Of a stretch of DNA of 64,000 bases, positions 40,427-49,330 are shown in pieces. Positions within the stretch are counted from its first letter, which is position 1, and each line of letters begins with the position of its first letter. Below the pieces are notes generated by a model. The model saw nothing but the letters and a program-made list of their open reading frames with translations. It was not told the DNA's origin and ran no database searches. The stretch is from an uncultured Myxococcales bacterium (lineage in GTDB: Bacteria; Myxococcota_A; Polyangia; Fen-1088): the NCBI GenBank assembly GCA_964647025.1, contig CAZYFU010000001.1:293-64292 (forward strand), written 5' to 3'. Made by a program: the position numbers and the translations under genes.

Positions 40427-41398
40427 ATGCATAGCAGCTCGAAAGCCCGCGCGTTCCTTGGACTGTTCGTCTCGGCGGTGATGACGACCGCGGTCGCCTG
40501 TGGCAGCGACAGTGAGCAGACCGGCCCCGCCGACGCGAGCATTGGTGTGCCCGACGCCCCCATGAACGACCGCGACGCGCATGTCTCCGAGGCGCACGCC
40601 GCCGTCGATCTTTCGGAGGCCGGGCCAGCAGGGATCCCCGTGGCGGGATACTGCACCAGCAAGCCAGCGATTCCCACGGTCACGAGCATCTCGGGCACCT
40701 GGGTGATCCGCGCCGTCGCCACGCAACTGGTGAGCGTCCTCGGAGGCACGCTGCGCCCGCAGACCCTGTTCTACATGGTCACCACCATGTCCCAGGCGGG
40801 CGACAAGGTCACGGCCAGCGGCTTCTACTGCGATCGCGCGCAAATCGATCAACCGGGTTCGATGGTCGCCGTGATCATGCCCGACAAGTGGGCGCACACC
40901 GAGAAGGTGGTGAATCGCTCGGGCACGCTCACGGTGGGCGCGGACCACGTTCCGCTGCTCCAGTTCGCCCCGTTGGTCGAGCTGGCAGGCGCCGTGCCCG
41001 GGCCCGACACCGATGCAGTGCCCACGACCCTCGACGATCCGCGCGTGATTGACGAGGACCAAGACGGCCATCCCGGCATCACGATCAACGTCACCGGCCT
41101 GGCCACCGGCAGCCTCTATGCCGTGCAACGGCAGGTGACCGCCATCGCGGCGATCCCCGTGGCGACGGATCGTTTCGAGGGCACCTTGACCTTCAGCTCT
41201 GAACAGAAGGTCCTCGACAGCAACCCGGCTGGACTCACCGTCATATATGCCACGGCGCAAGCCACCACCGACAGCACCCCATGTGCCAGCAACTTCAGCA
41301 TGGTCAAGGTCGCGGAGTCAGCCACTTCGATCGACGCAGGCCCGGCGGTCAGCTGCGCGTGGGTACGCGACAACGAGGGCGTCCTCTTTCCCAAGTAG
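40427..41398 (+). CDS. lipoprotein, hypothetical
   Basis: Internal Met followed by signal plus lipobox (AVMTTAVACGS). No family assigned. Confidence 0.5.
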   Translation: MHSSSKARAFLGLFVSAVMTTAVACGSDSEQTGPADASIGVPDAPMNDRDAHVSEAHAAVDLSEAGPAGIPVAGYCTSKPAIPTVTSISGTWVIRAVATQLVSVLGGTLRPQTLFYMVTTMSQAGDKVTASGFYCDRAQIDQPGSMVAVIMPDKWAHTEKVVNRSGTLTVGADHVPLLQFAPLVELAGAVPGPDTDAVPTTLDDPRVIDEDQDGHPGITINVTGLATGSLYAVQRQVTAIAAIPVATDRFEGTLTFSSEQKVLDSNPAGLTVIYATAQATTDSTPCASNFSMVKVAESATSIDAGPAVSCAWVRDNEGVLFPK

Positions 41399-41400
41399 CT

Positions 41401-42882
41401 CTATCTGGCGATACGAAAGGTCGCGCCTGCCCCGACCATGTATCCGGTGCTCTTCCAGCCTGGATATCCCGGATTGTTGGTCTGCAGGCCCGCCGTCCCT
41501 TCCGCCGCGAGGCCCGTGCGGAGGTCGATCGCCGTATCTGGGTGTTCGTCCACAACCGGATTGGCGGCGTTCGGGTCCTTGGTGACGTCCCGTGGAAGGA
41601 AGAGGGAGCCAAACACGCTGATGCCGGCTTCAAGGTCCTTGCCAAGAAACCTGACCGGCGCCTCGATGCCCAGGCTGGCGAGTAGGCGGGCGTTGTCGAC
41701 ATAGTTGGTGCGGCCGGTCTGGGCCGGCACGGGCGACGGGACGTAGCCGAGGTCCATGGTGATGTGTCGCTCCCGCCACAGGAAACCTCCCCCTACCGCG
41801 TAGCTGATGGTGTTGGTCCAGCTATCGAGGGGCTGAGCGCCCTGACGATTGCGATAGTCGGTCCACTGCTGCCACAGAAGCTGGCCCCCGATCTCCCAGG
41901 ATGCCCGGCCGTCCTCGCGAAGCGCCCCCCGATAGCTGCCGCCCAGCCCCACCCGCAGGGGGAGGCTGCCTTGCGTGAAGGTGTAGGTCTGCTTCACGTA
42001 GCTCTGCCCTTCGGGGTAACTGTAGTTCCAGAAACGCAGATCGTTCTCGCCCTGGGTCTCGTTCGCCGCCGGCAAGTGCACCGTCGCCACCACCGAGCTC
42101 GACGGGCGCGGTCGCACGGTGACCCCGAAATAGGGGTTGAATCGACTGTCGGTGTGAATGTCCTGCGCGATGAAGATCTTGGTTTGGTTCGCGGCGTTCG
42201 GCAGGTAGGCGGTCATCTTGGTTTGCGTGAAGATCGAAATGTCGATGCCCGCGCCCAGCGAGATCCACTCGGCGAGCTGCGAGCCCACCGCGAAGCTGAT
42301 GGACGTGGCCGCCAAGCGATCGCCGAGCAGCTCGAAGTGCAGTTGGTTCGAGAAGTACTGCTCGCGCTCGTCGGGCCAGAAGCCCTTCTGGTCGACGAAG
42401 GCCCGCACGGGCAGAAGCGCATGGAAGCCGAAGACCAAGGCCCTGCCCGCCAGCGGGCGAACCATCCCGAGGGACGCGTAGGTGACGCTCTGGTCGGCAT
42501 TGGTATTCGCGCGGCGGTTGGGCAGCTGCGAGGTAGGCAGTGGCCGCAAGTCGTCCGCGTTCGCCCCCGGGATCAGCGTGGAGTAGATGCTGTCCGGCAC
42601 GTCGACGCCCTCTGGCCGTTCCCTGAGGCGAATCTTGCCTTGCACGCCGACGGCGAAGAGCCCGATCTCTAGCTTCGGCATGGCTTCGGGCAGTAGCGAA
42701 GGGTTGAAGTACGTGACCGCCGAGCCGCGCGAGAGAACACGAGCCGTGAGCTGATTTCCGCCGGTCGTGGCGCCCAAGGTCTCGAGCACGCTGGACGCGC
42801 GCGCGACAGCGGCCCAACCTGGTGCGAGCGCGAGACAGGCCAGCAAGGCAAGGCGGCGGACTGAACGGCGGGACGTATGCAT
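41401..42882 (-). CDS. secreted outer-membrane-type hypothetical protein
   Basis: Signal peptide (RRLALLACLALAPGWAAVARA). Beta-rich, with an aromatic C-terminal residue pattern typical of OM barrels. Confidence 0.5.
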   Translation of the reverse strand: MHTSRRSVRRLALLACLALAPGWAAVARASSVLETLGATTGGNQLTARVLSRGSAVTYFNPSLLPEAMPKLEIGLFAVGVQGKIRLRERPEGVDVPDSIYSTLIPGANADDLRPLPTSQLPNRRANTNADQSVTYASLGMVRPLAGRALVFGFHALLPVRAFVDQKGFWPDEREQYFSNQLHFELLGDRLAATSISFAVGSQLAEWISLGAGIDISIFTQTKMTAYLPNAANQTKIFIAQDIHTDSRFNPYFGVTVRPRPSSSVVATVHLPAANETQGENDLRFWNYSYPEGQSYVKQTYTFTQGSLPLRVGLGGSYRGALREDGRASWEIGGQLLWQQWTDYRNRQGAQPLDSWTNTISYAVGGGFLWRERHITMDLGYVPSPVPAQTGRTNYVDNARLLASLGIEAPVRFLGKDLEAGISVFGSLFLPRDVTKDPNAANPVVDEHPDTAIDLRTGLAAEGTAGLQTNNPGYPGWKSTGYMVGAGATFRIAR

Positions 42883-42988
42883 GGTGGCCTTGATGCTACG
42901 GGATCTGGCCTACCCCGGCAGACGAAATTTGCCGCTCGAGCAGGACGCACACAGGCGGTCTATCGAGAGAGAGCCTCTCCTCCGCAGG

Positions 42989-43441
42989 TCATGAAGGCTT
43001 GCTAGCAGGAGGAAGGACCAGGACTGGACAGGGGGCCGATGAGAGCAAGGCGTCGCGCACGCTACCGAACATGGTGTGGAAGAGCCGTCCGTGGTGGTGC
43101 GATCCCAGCACGATGAGATCGGCGTGGATCCTCTCGGCCGTCTCGCGGATCTGCTCGGCGGCCGAACCACGTCGGCACATGCAATCTACGTCGGGAACAC
43201 CGCTTGCTTCGGCCATCGCGTGCAGCTTGCCGAGCGACGACCGGAGCTCGTACCGGTCGACCTCCATGATGGCGGGCGAATACGCGCCACCGCTCCAGGC
43301 CATTCCGGCCATGGGTGCCGACGGCGGCATGGTGTGGAGAATGGCCAGGTCGGCCCGCTCCGTGCGAGCCATTTCGGCGGAAGCCGCAAGCACCTGCGGC
43401 GTGGAGTCGGAAAAATCCACAGCGGCCAAAATGCGATGCAT
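42989..43441 (-). CDS. universal stress protein (UspA family)
   Basis: Start at MHRILAAVDFSD. C-terminal ATP-binding motif ...LIVLGSHHHG...GSV... Confidence 0.75.
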   Translation of the reverse strand: MHRILAAVDFSDSTPQVLAASAEMARTERADLAILHTMPPSAPMAGMAWSGGAYSPAIMEVDRYELRSSLGKLHAMAEASGVPDVDCMCRRGSAAEQIRETAERIHADLIVLGSHHHGRLFHTMFGSVRDALLSSAPCPVLVLPPASKPS

Positions 43442-43607
43442 GACGAATCCCCCTTTCCCAACACGAGCGCTCACGGCGAGCGCACCATCCAATCGTGCCT
43501 GCCGTAAGTATGCAACCTTCGAGGCTCGTGTTCCCCTCCCAGGTTGTCACGCAGGGAAGCCCCGGAATCCAAACAGCATTCCCCGAGCCGCTTCGCGCGA
43601 TCCCGGA

Positions 43608-44177
43608 CTACCTCCAGCCCAAGTACCGCGCGGTTCGCTCGCAGTAGGCGGCGTAGGCGTCGCCGTACCGTCTGGCGCAGGCGCGCTCCTCGGCCAGGAT
43701 CATCGGATGTTGGACGACCAGCATCGCGAGCAGCGTAGCCGACAGCAGTGGGTTGCCTGTGGCGATGCACGCCCCGAGAAATACGAGCGTGGCCGACACG
43801 TAGAGCGGGTTGCGCGAGAAACGGTACGGTCCAGACAGAATCGGCTGGTCGAGGGGCGTCTTGCTGAACACGCCGAGCGTCGCGAGAAAGCCAGCGGTCC
43901 CCAGCGAGGAAACGAGAACGCCCGCGACGAGCCACGCTCCGAACGAGGCAAGAGGAGCCAACGTCGATATCGCGACGAAGACGTAGGGCAGGAGGGAAGC
44001 CGTCACGGTGAAGAGCTTCTCCCGGATTCCATAACCCGTCATGTCCGACAAACGCTTGGCGACCTGCTTGTGTGGTAGCACGGCGAGCATGCCGATGATC
44101 AGCATGGGCGCGCAGAGCAGCCAAGCATTCCAGAAACCGAGGACGAGCGTCGGCGTAGCGTTCACAACGGCGAGCAT
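43608..44177 (-). CDS. isoprenylcysteine carboxyl methyltransferase (ICMT/PEMT)-family membrane methyltransferase
   Basis: Signature ILSGPYRFSRNPLYVS is present, in a multi-TM protein. The start is uncertain (Met at 44177 chosen). Confidence 0.6.
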   Translation of the reverse strand: MLAVVNATPTLVLGFWNAWLLCAPMLIIGMLAVLPHKQVAKRLSDMTGYGIREKLFTVTASLLPYVFVAISTLAPLASFGAWLVAGVLVSSLGTAGFLATLGVFSKTPLDQPILSGPYRFSRNPLYVSATLVFLGACIATGNPLLSATLLAMLVVQHPMILAEERACARRYGDAYAAYCERTARYLGWR

Positions 44178-44236
44178 ACATCGCGGTGGGATATGGGAGA
44201 GGTCGCCTCGGTCACAGTCCGCCCCGCTTTGGCAGA

Positions 44237-44587
44237 TCAGTACGCGTGGCAGCCGAAACAATCCGGGGTCACGCCAGCTTGTTCATGGCAGCGATCGCAG
44301 AACTGCTGCCGGTTGGCGTGACAGCCCTGGCACGAAGAGATCCCTTGAGCCTGCGCGCTCCGGTCGCCGCTCCTCACCACGCGATCACGCATCGCCTTGA
44401 GGTGGGTCATGTGCTGGTAGCGCATCTCTGCTCTCGGCAGGACGCAACGGGTGCCCGCGCGTGCAGGCTCGAGCCATGGCGAGGATGGCGAGGGGCGCGC
44501 CGCGAAGCCAACCAGCGCCACCAGCAGCGGTACCACCAGCGCGGCGAGGCCAAGAACGACAACCCGCCGAGACCGCCTGGCGCTCAT
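44237..44587 (-). CDS. DsrJ-like triheme cytochrome c (second copy), translationally coupled to qmoC
   Basis: 116 aa. Signal anchor MSARRSRRVVVLGLAALVVPLLVALVG. Three CxxCH motifs (CQGCH, CDRCH, CFGCH). ATGA overlap with the qmoC stop and a GGAGG RBS. Paralogous to dsrJ at 62817. Confidence 0.75.
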   Translation of the reverse strand: MSARRSRRVVVLGLAALVVPLLVALVGFAARPSPSSPWLEPARAGTRCVLPRAEMRYQHMTHLKAMRDRVVRSGDRSAQAQGISSCQGCHANRQQFCDRCHEQAGVTPDCFGCHAY

Positions 44588-45813
44588 ACCTTGCCTCCGT
44601 CTCGGGACGGCTGCTCGGCCCGCTCGCGATGGAAGCCGCGACGACCGGTGTGCTCGGCATAGACCATCGCCACGGTCCGGTACACCACGTGCGCGAGCTT
44701 GCTGTAGGGCACAAGCAGGATCAACGCGAACACCAACGCGAGGTGAACCAGGTAAACCGCGTGGCGAAGGGGCTCGACGCGCAGCCAGTGCAGGCCCTCG
44801 GAGGCAAAGCCTGACAGACCAATCAGAAGCAGAAGCGCCAGCAAGATCCAATCCGAGCTGCGCGTGGCGCCCGAGCTCTCCGGCCTTCGCCAGCGTTCCC
44901 ACAGCATGAGAGACGTCCCGAGCAAGAGTGACGCCCCTCCCAGGTTCGCCAGGATCTTCCAGGGACTCCACAAGGCGAACGGATACACGGTGCCGGCGAG
45001 CAGCGGATTCCAGCGCGCCGTCACGGCCCAGAAGCTCGTCAGCACGAGCGCGCCGCAGCCGAAGACGACGAAGAGGTGATGTCTGCGCCGGACTTGGTTG
45101 GTCGCACACGCGGCGAAGTCGTCGTGGAACACGATACGCGACAGGACCGCGCGCAGGCTCGAACCGATCGGCCGTCCGCGTGGTCTTCCGTCGGCGGCGG
45201 ACATGCTTCGCCAGAACGTGCTCGCGCCGCGCACCAGCACCGCCATGTCGAACGCCAACAGCGCACCGAACAGGCTGCCCAGCAGCCAGTGGGGCAAGCC
45301 ATTCCAAAAAGGAAACACCGCCCGGGGACCAGTCAGCGACAGCTCGAACGAAGTCGCGCCCAGCGCCTGCCACATGCTCGAAGCACCCAGCAACACGACG
45401 AGCGCGCCCGCCACGATCACGAGCACGTTGACCGGTCGGTTCGCCCACCGGCCGAACCAACGTGGCGACGAGTGATGGATGATGTGCTCACGCCTGAGCG
45501 CGGCCATCACGTCGCTCGGCCGAGCGCCCCGAGGGCAACGCCGCGTGCAGTCTCCGCACTGGTGACAAAGCCACGGGTCGGGGTCGCTCATCAAGCGATC
45601 CCGCAGGCCCCATTGCGCCCAGAGCATCTCCTTGCGGGGCCCCGGCGACTCGGCAGCGAGGATCTCGCACACGCTGGAGCAGGTCGCGCACTGCATGCAC
45701 TTACGCAAGTCCTCACCGCCGCTTGCCAGCACGCCCGCGAGCAAGTCCCGGTCCGGCCGCAGGCGCTGCCTGCGACCTTCGACCTGACGCTCGCTTGGAC
45801 TTCCGTCGGACAT
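44584..45813 (-). CDS. qmoC: quinone-interacting membrane-bound oxidoreductase subunit C (HdrC-like FeS domain fused to HdrE-like membrane cytochrome b)
   Basis: Two CxxCxxCxxxC ferredoxin motifs (CMQCATCSSVC, CHQCGDCTRRCP) followed by 5-6 TM helices with conserved His residues. Start taken at the Met just after the qmoB stop. Confidence 0.8.
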   Translation of the reverse strand: MSDGSPSERQVEGRRQRLRPDRDLLAGVLASGGEDLRKCMQCATCSSVCEILAAESPGPRKEMLWAQWGLRDRLMSDPDPWLCHQCGDCTRRCPRGARPSDVMAALRREHIIHHSSPRWFGRWANRPVNVLVIVAGALVVLLGASSMWQALGATSFELSLTGPRAVFPFWNGLPHWLLGSLFGALLAFDMAVLVRGASTFWRSMSAADGRPRGRPIGSSLRAVLSRIVFHDDFAACATNQVRRRHHLFVVFGCGALVLTSFWAVTARWNPLLAGTVYPFALWSPWKILANLGGASLLLGTSLMLWERWRRPESSGATRSSDWILLALLLLIGLSGFASEGLHWLRVEPLRHAVYLVHLALVFALILLVPYSKLAHVVYRTVAMVYAEHTGRRGFHRERAEQPSRDGGKV

Positions 45814-45817
45814 GGGG

Positions 45818-48055
45818 CTACGAATCCTTGAAGGGATTGGGACCCAGGGCATCCAGGTGCTTGACGAAGTCGTCGATCAGCTTGGGCAAGGTCAGGTAGT
45901 CCGCGAGGGTCACGTGATCCACGCGCACCCGCTGGTCTTCGAGAGCCATCTGCTTGAGCTTCTGCTTGATGTTTTCGCTGCGCGTGGCCAGGAGCTCACT
46001 GCCTCGGGTGTAGTGACACTGGGTCTGCTCGCCAGGTTTGCAGCCCAGCATGAGCACGCCGTCGAAGCCGCGCGCGAACGCATCCGCCAGCCACACCACG
46101 TTGATGGCACCCAAGCATCGAACGGGGATCGCCCTGACGAAGGCGCTCCAACGCTGCCCATGGAAGCCCGCCAGCTCGAGCGCGGGGAAGGCGTCGTTCT
46201 CGCACAGAAGCATCAGGATGCGCGGCTTCTCGTCGAACTCGCCCGGAACCTCGATGGACTTGATCATCCGCGAGACCAGATCGATCGAATAGTCGGCGTA
46301 CGAGATGATGCGCTCGGGGCAGGCGCCCAGGCAGATACCGCAGCGTCGACAACGGCCGGGATTCGGCTTCGGCGTGCCCTTTTCGTCTTCGTCGAGCGTA
46401 CCGAACGGACACTCCTCCGTGCAACGCTTGCACTGGGTGCAACGCTGGAGATTGAAGGCGGGGGGCGAGATGTCACCCCAGCGCGGGTGCATGGCCTCGC
46501 CGAGCGCGCAGTGCTCGATGGCCTGGATGGCCTTGAGCGCCGCTCCCTCGCCATCGACGATGCAGCCCGCCAGGTCGCCTGGCGCCCGCAAACAGCCCGC
46601 GGCATAGATGCCGGTCCGCCGGGTCTCGTACGGGAAACAGATGAAGTGCGAATCCGGAAAGCCGTACTCGAGCGCCGGCAAATCCGGGCCCTGACGGTAG
46701 GTGAGCCCGAGAATCTCGGTGCCCTCGATGGGCGACAGTCGGTCGACGGTGGCCTGCAAGACCTCGACGTTGCCCTCGCCCTTCGCGAGGTTCTTGCGCG
46801 CATCCTTCAGCTCGCGCAGGGCCAGCCCGTCCGCCGCCGCCGGCACCATGCCCACTGCGAGCACCACCAGATCGGCCTCTAGATCGATCGCGTCGCCGAG
46901 CTGGCTCTTGCCGAGTTGGACGAGCAATCCGTCGGCAGAGGGCTCCACGCCGGTCACGTCACCCTTGCAGATAAAGATGCCCCGATCCTCTTGCGCCCGT
47001 CGGTAGAAATCCTCGTGCAGCCCCGGCGTGCGAATCTCCTTCGCGACCACGTAGGCCTCGCAACTCGGCTCCAGCTCGCGCAGCCACAGGGCCTGCTTGA
47101 GCGTCACGCGACAGCACACGTTCGAGCAGTACGGCAGGTGCTGGGGATCACGCGAACCGGCGCATTGGATGAAGGCGATGCGCGTGGGTTTCTTGCCGTC
47201 GGATGGACGACGAACCTTCCCCTCGCCCAGCATACGCTCGAGCTCGACGCTGGTGACGACGTCCGGCGATTTGCCGTAGCCCAAGTGCGGAAGCTTGTGC
47301 GCGTCGTACGGCCGAAAACCGGTCGCCTGCACGATGGCGCCGACGCGGGTCGAGACCTCTCGCTCGCCCACGCTCAGCACGACCTCGAACTGCCCCGGCT
47401 GCCCCGAGATCGACTTCACCGTCGCGCCGCAGTGAACCTCGATGTTGGGATCGGCCGCGATCGCCTCGCAGCGGTTCGCCAGATCCGGTTCCTGCAGGTC
47501 CCGACACGGCGCGCAGCTCGGGAGCACGCGCTTCCAGGTGCGCAACCAGCCGCCCAAGGACTCCGCCTTCTCGACCACGACGACCTTGTACCCGGCCCGC
47601 GCGGCACCGGACGCCGCCGCCATCCCCGTGGGACCGCCGCCGACCACCAGCACGGTCCGCTCGGCTGGCAATGGCTGTGCCTGCGGAAGCTCGACGCGCG
47701 AGGCCCGGATGGTGCCCATGCGAATGACGTCCTCGGCCAGCATCTGCGTGTCTTCGTGCTTCGGCTCGTGGCTCGCCACCACCAGCTCGCGCAGACTGAC
47801 ACGCTCGACGTGACAGCCCGGGCGCGCGAAGGCATCGGCATGAAACCGCGCCGAGCACGCCGCGACCACCAGCGCGCCCGCCCCACCGGCCAGCGCCTCG
47901 TCGATGACTGGGGTCGCGGCCTGTCCGCACAGAAGCGGTACGGACTTCACCAGCGCGACGCCCTCTAATTTCGCGGCGGTCTTCTCCAGCTTCGGCAGGT
48001 CGAGCGACTCGCCGATCTTGCAGCTCTGGCAGATGAGGACGGCAGCCTTGGCCAT
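45818..48055 (-). CDS. qmoB: Qmo subunit B (HdrA-like flavoprotein with ferredoxin and MvhD-like domains)
   Basis: 745 aa. FAD-binding VLVVGGGPTGMAAA. Multiple 4Fe-4S Cys clusters (CTQCKRCTEECP, CRRCGICLGACP). Typical QmoB length and domain order. Confidence 0.85.
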   Translation of the reverse strand: MAKAAVLICQSCKIGESLDLPKLEKTAAKLEGVALVKSVPLLCGQAATPVIDEALAGGAGALVVAACSARFHADAFARPGCHVERVSLRELVVASHEPKHEDTQMLAEDVIRMGTIRASRVELPQAQPLPAERTVLVVGGGPTGMAAASGAARAGYKVVVVEKAESLGGWLRTWKRVLPSCAPCRDLQEPDLANRCEAIAADPNIEVHCGATVKSISGQPGQFEVVLSVGEREVSTRVGAIVQATGFRPYDAHKLPHLGYGKSPDVVTSVELERMLGEGKVRRPSDGKKPTRIAFIQCAGSRDPQHLPYCSNVCCRVTLKQALWLRELEPSCEAYVVAKEIRTPGLHEDFYRRAQEDRGIFICKGDVTGVEPSADGLLVQLGKSQLGDAIDLEADLVVLAVGMVPAAADGLALRELKDARKNLAKGEGNVEVLQATVDRLSPIEGTEILGLTYRQGPDLPALEYGFPDSHFICFPYETRRTGIYAAGCLRAPGDLAGCIVDGEGAALKAIQAIEHCALGEAMHPRWGDISPPAFNLQRCTQCKRCTEECPFGTLDEDEKGTPKPNPGRCRRCGICLGACPERIISYADYSIDLVSRMIKSIEVPGEFDEKPRILMLLCENDAFPALELAGFHGQRWSAFVRAIPVRCLGAINVVWLADAFARGFDGVLMLGCKPGEQTQCHYTRGSELLATRSENIKQKLKQMALEDQRVRVDHVTLADYLTLPKLIDDFVKHLDALGPNPFKDS

Positions 48056-48058
48056 GCC

Positions 48059-49330
48059 CTACCCTCCCCCCGCCGAGCAGACGGCCAGGGCCCGCAGGAC
48101 CGCGGCGGTCGCATCGCGGACCGCACAGGCGACGTCCATCGGTTCACGCGCACAGCCGGCGACCAGCTGGCCTGCCGATGGCTGCATCTGGCTGAGGAAA
48201 CCGTAGCGGTCGCGCGCCAGATCTGGCTTGGCTGGGGACGAGACTATGCCCGTGGCCAGCACCACCAGATCGACACGGTGGCGAAGACGCTTGCCCTGGT
48301 TCGTGTCCTCGACGTCGAGGATCGGTTTGCCTGCGTCCACCGTCACTTTCGACACCTTGCCCGGAACGAAGTGGATCTTGGGATCCCGCTCCGTCTCGGC
48401 CAGGAAGGTCTCCTGCCGGCCAGTGGCTCGTCGGTCGATGTAGTAGATGGAGATCTCGGCATCCGGGAGCTGCGCGCGCACGTAGCGCGCATGCTTGATC
48501 GAGGCCATGCAACAAAGTCCCGAGCAGTAGGGCAAATGGGCATCGTCGCGGGAGCCCGCACACTGGACGAAGGCCACGCTGGCAGGCGCACCACCGTCGG
48601 ACGGGCACACAACGCGGCCCGCGGTCGGGCCGTGAGGCGACGCCAGCCTTTCCATCATCATGTTGGTGATGATGTCCGGGTGCGCGCCGATGCCGAGGTC
48701 GGTGAGGTTCGAGGCCTCGTACGGTTGCCATCCCGTGGCCCAGATGACGGCCGCCACATCCAGGTCGAAAGGCCGTGGTTGCATGGACAAGTCAATGGCC
48801 TGCGAGGGACACGCGGAAGCGCACTTTGCGCAGCTTGCGCCGGTGCACGCCTCGCCGTCGATGGTGTAGCGGGTGGGGAAGGCCCCTGGGTACGTCAGGT
48901 ACGCCGCCTTGCTCTTGCCGAGCCCGAAGTCGAAAGCGCTGGGCCGCTCGACCGGACACACGGACGCGCAGGTTCCGCACGCCGAACAGTGCTCGGCGAT
49001 GAAGCGCGGCTCCTGCCGAAGCGAGACCCGGTACTTCCCCGGCGCTCCCGACACGGCCAACACCTCGGTCAATGTGTGAACCGTGATGCGTGGGCTGGTG
49101 CGGATGCGACGCAGGTTGATCTCCAAGCCGCACACCGGCGGGCACAGCTTGGGGAAGTACTGGTACATCTGGGCCACGCGGCCGCCGAGGTTCGGCTCGC
49201 GCTCGACCAGCACGACGTCGCACCCGGCCTCCGCCGCCTCGACGGCGGCGGAGATCCCGGCAATGCCTCCGCCGACGACGAGCAGCTTGCCGCGCGTCCG
49301 GCCGGGTGCTGTGGTGCTTGGGGTGGTCAC
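48059..49330 (-). CDS. qmoA: Qmo subunit A (HdrA-like flavoprotein)
   Basis: FAD-binding LLVVGGGIAGISAA. HdrA-like Cys motifs (CSACGTCASVCP, CAKCASACP). A GTG start at 49330 overlaps the aprA stop (GTGA). The ORF-track ATG at 49381 would overlap aprA by 55 nt. Confidence 0.8.
   Translation of the reverse strand: MTTPSTTAPGRTRGKLLVVGGGIAGISAAVEAAEAGCDVVLVEREPNLGGRVAQMYQYFPKLCPPVCGLEINLRRIRTSPRITVHTLTEVLAVSGAPGKYRVSLRQEPRFIAEHCSACGTCASVCPVERPSAFDFGLGKSKAAYLTYPGAFPTRYTIDGEACTGASCAKCASACPSQAIDLSMQPRPFDLDVAAVIWATGWQPYEASNLTDLGIGAHPDIITNMMMERLASPHGPTAGRVVCPSDGGAPASVAFVQCAGSRDDAHLPYCSGLCCMASIKHARYVRAQLPDAEISIYYIDRRATGRQETFLAETERDPKIHFVPGKVSKVTVDAGKPILDVEDTNQGKRLRHRVDLVVLATGIVSSPAKPDLARDRYGFLSQMQPSAGQLVAGCAREPMDVACAVRDATAAVLRALAVCSAGGG

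Noticed and set aside
40850-40870. GGGTTCGATGG, resembling a tRNA T-arm
   Set aside because: It lies inside a lipoprotein CDS. No acceptor, D-arm or anticodon structure can be drawn around it. No tRNA is predicted anywhere in the window.
43471-44181. 236-aa ORF in an alternate frame over the ICMT-family gene
   Set aside because: No TM or motif content. The ICMT frame carries the family signature.
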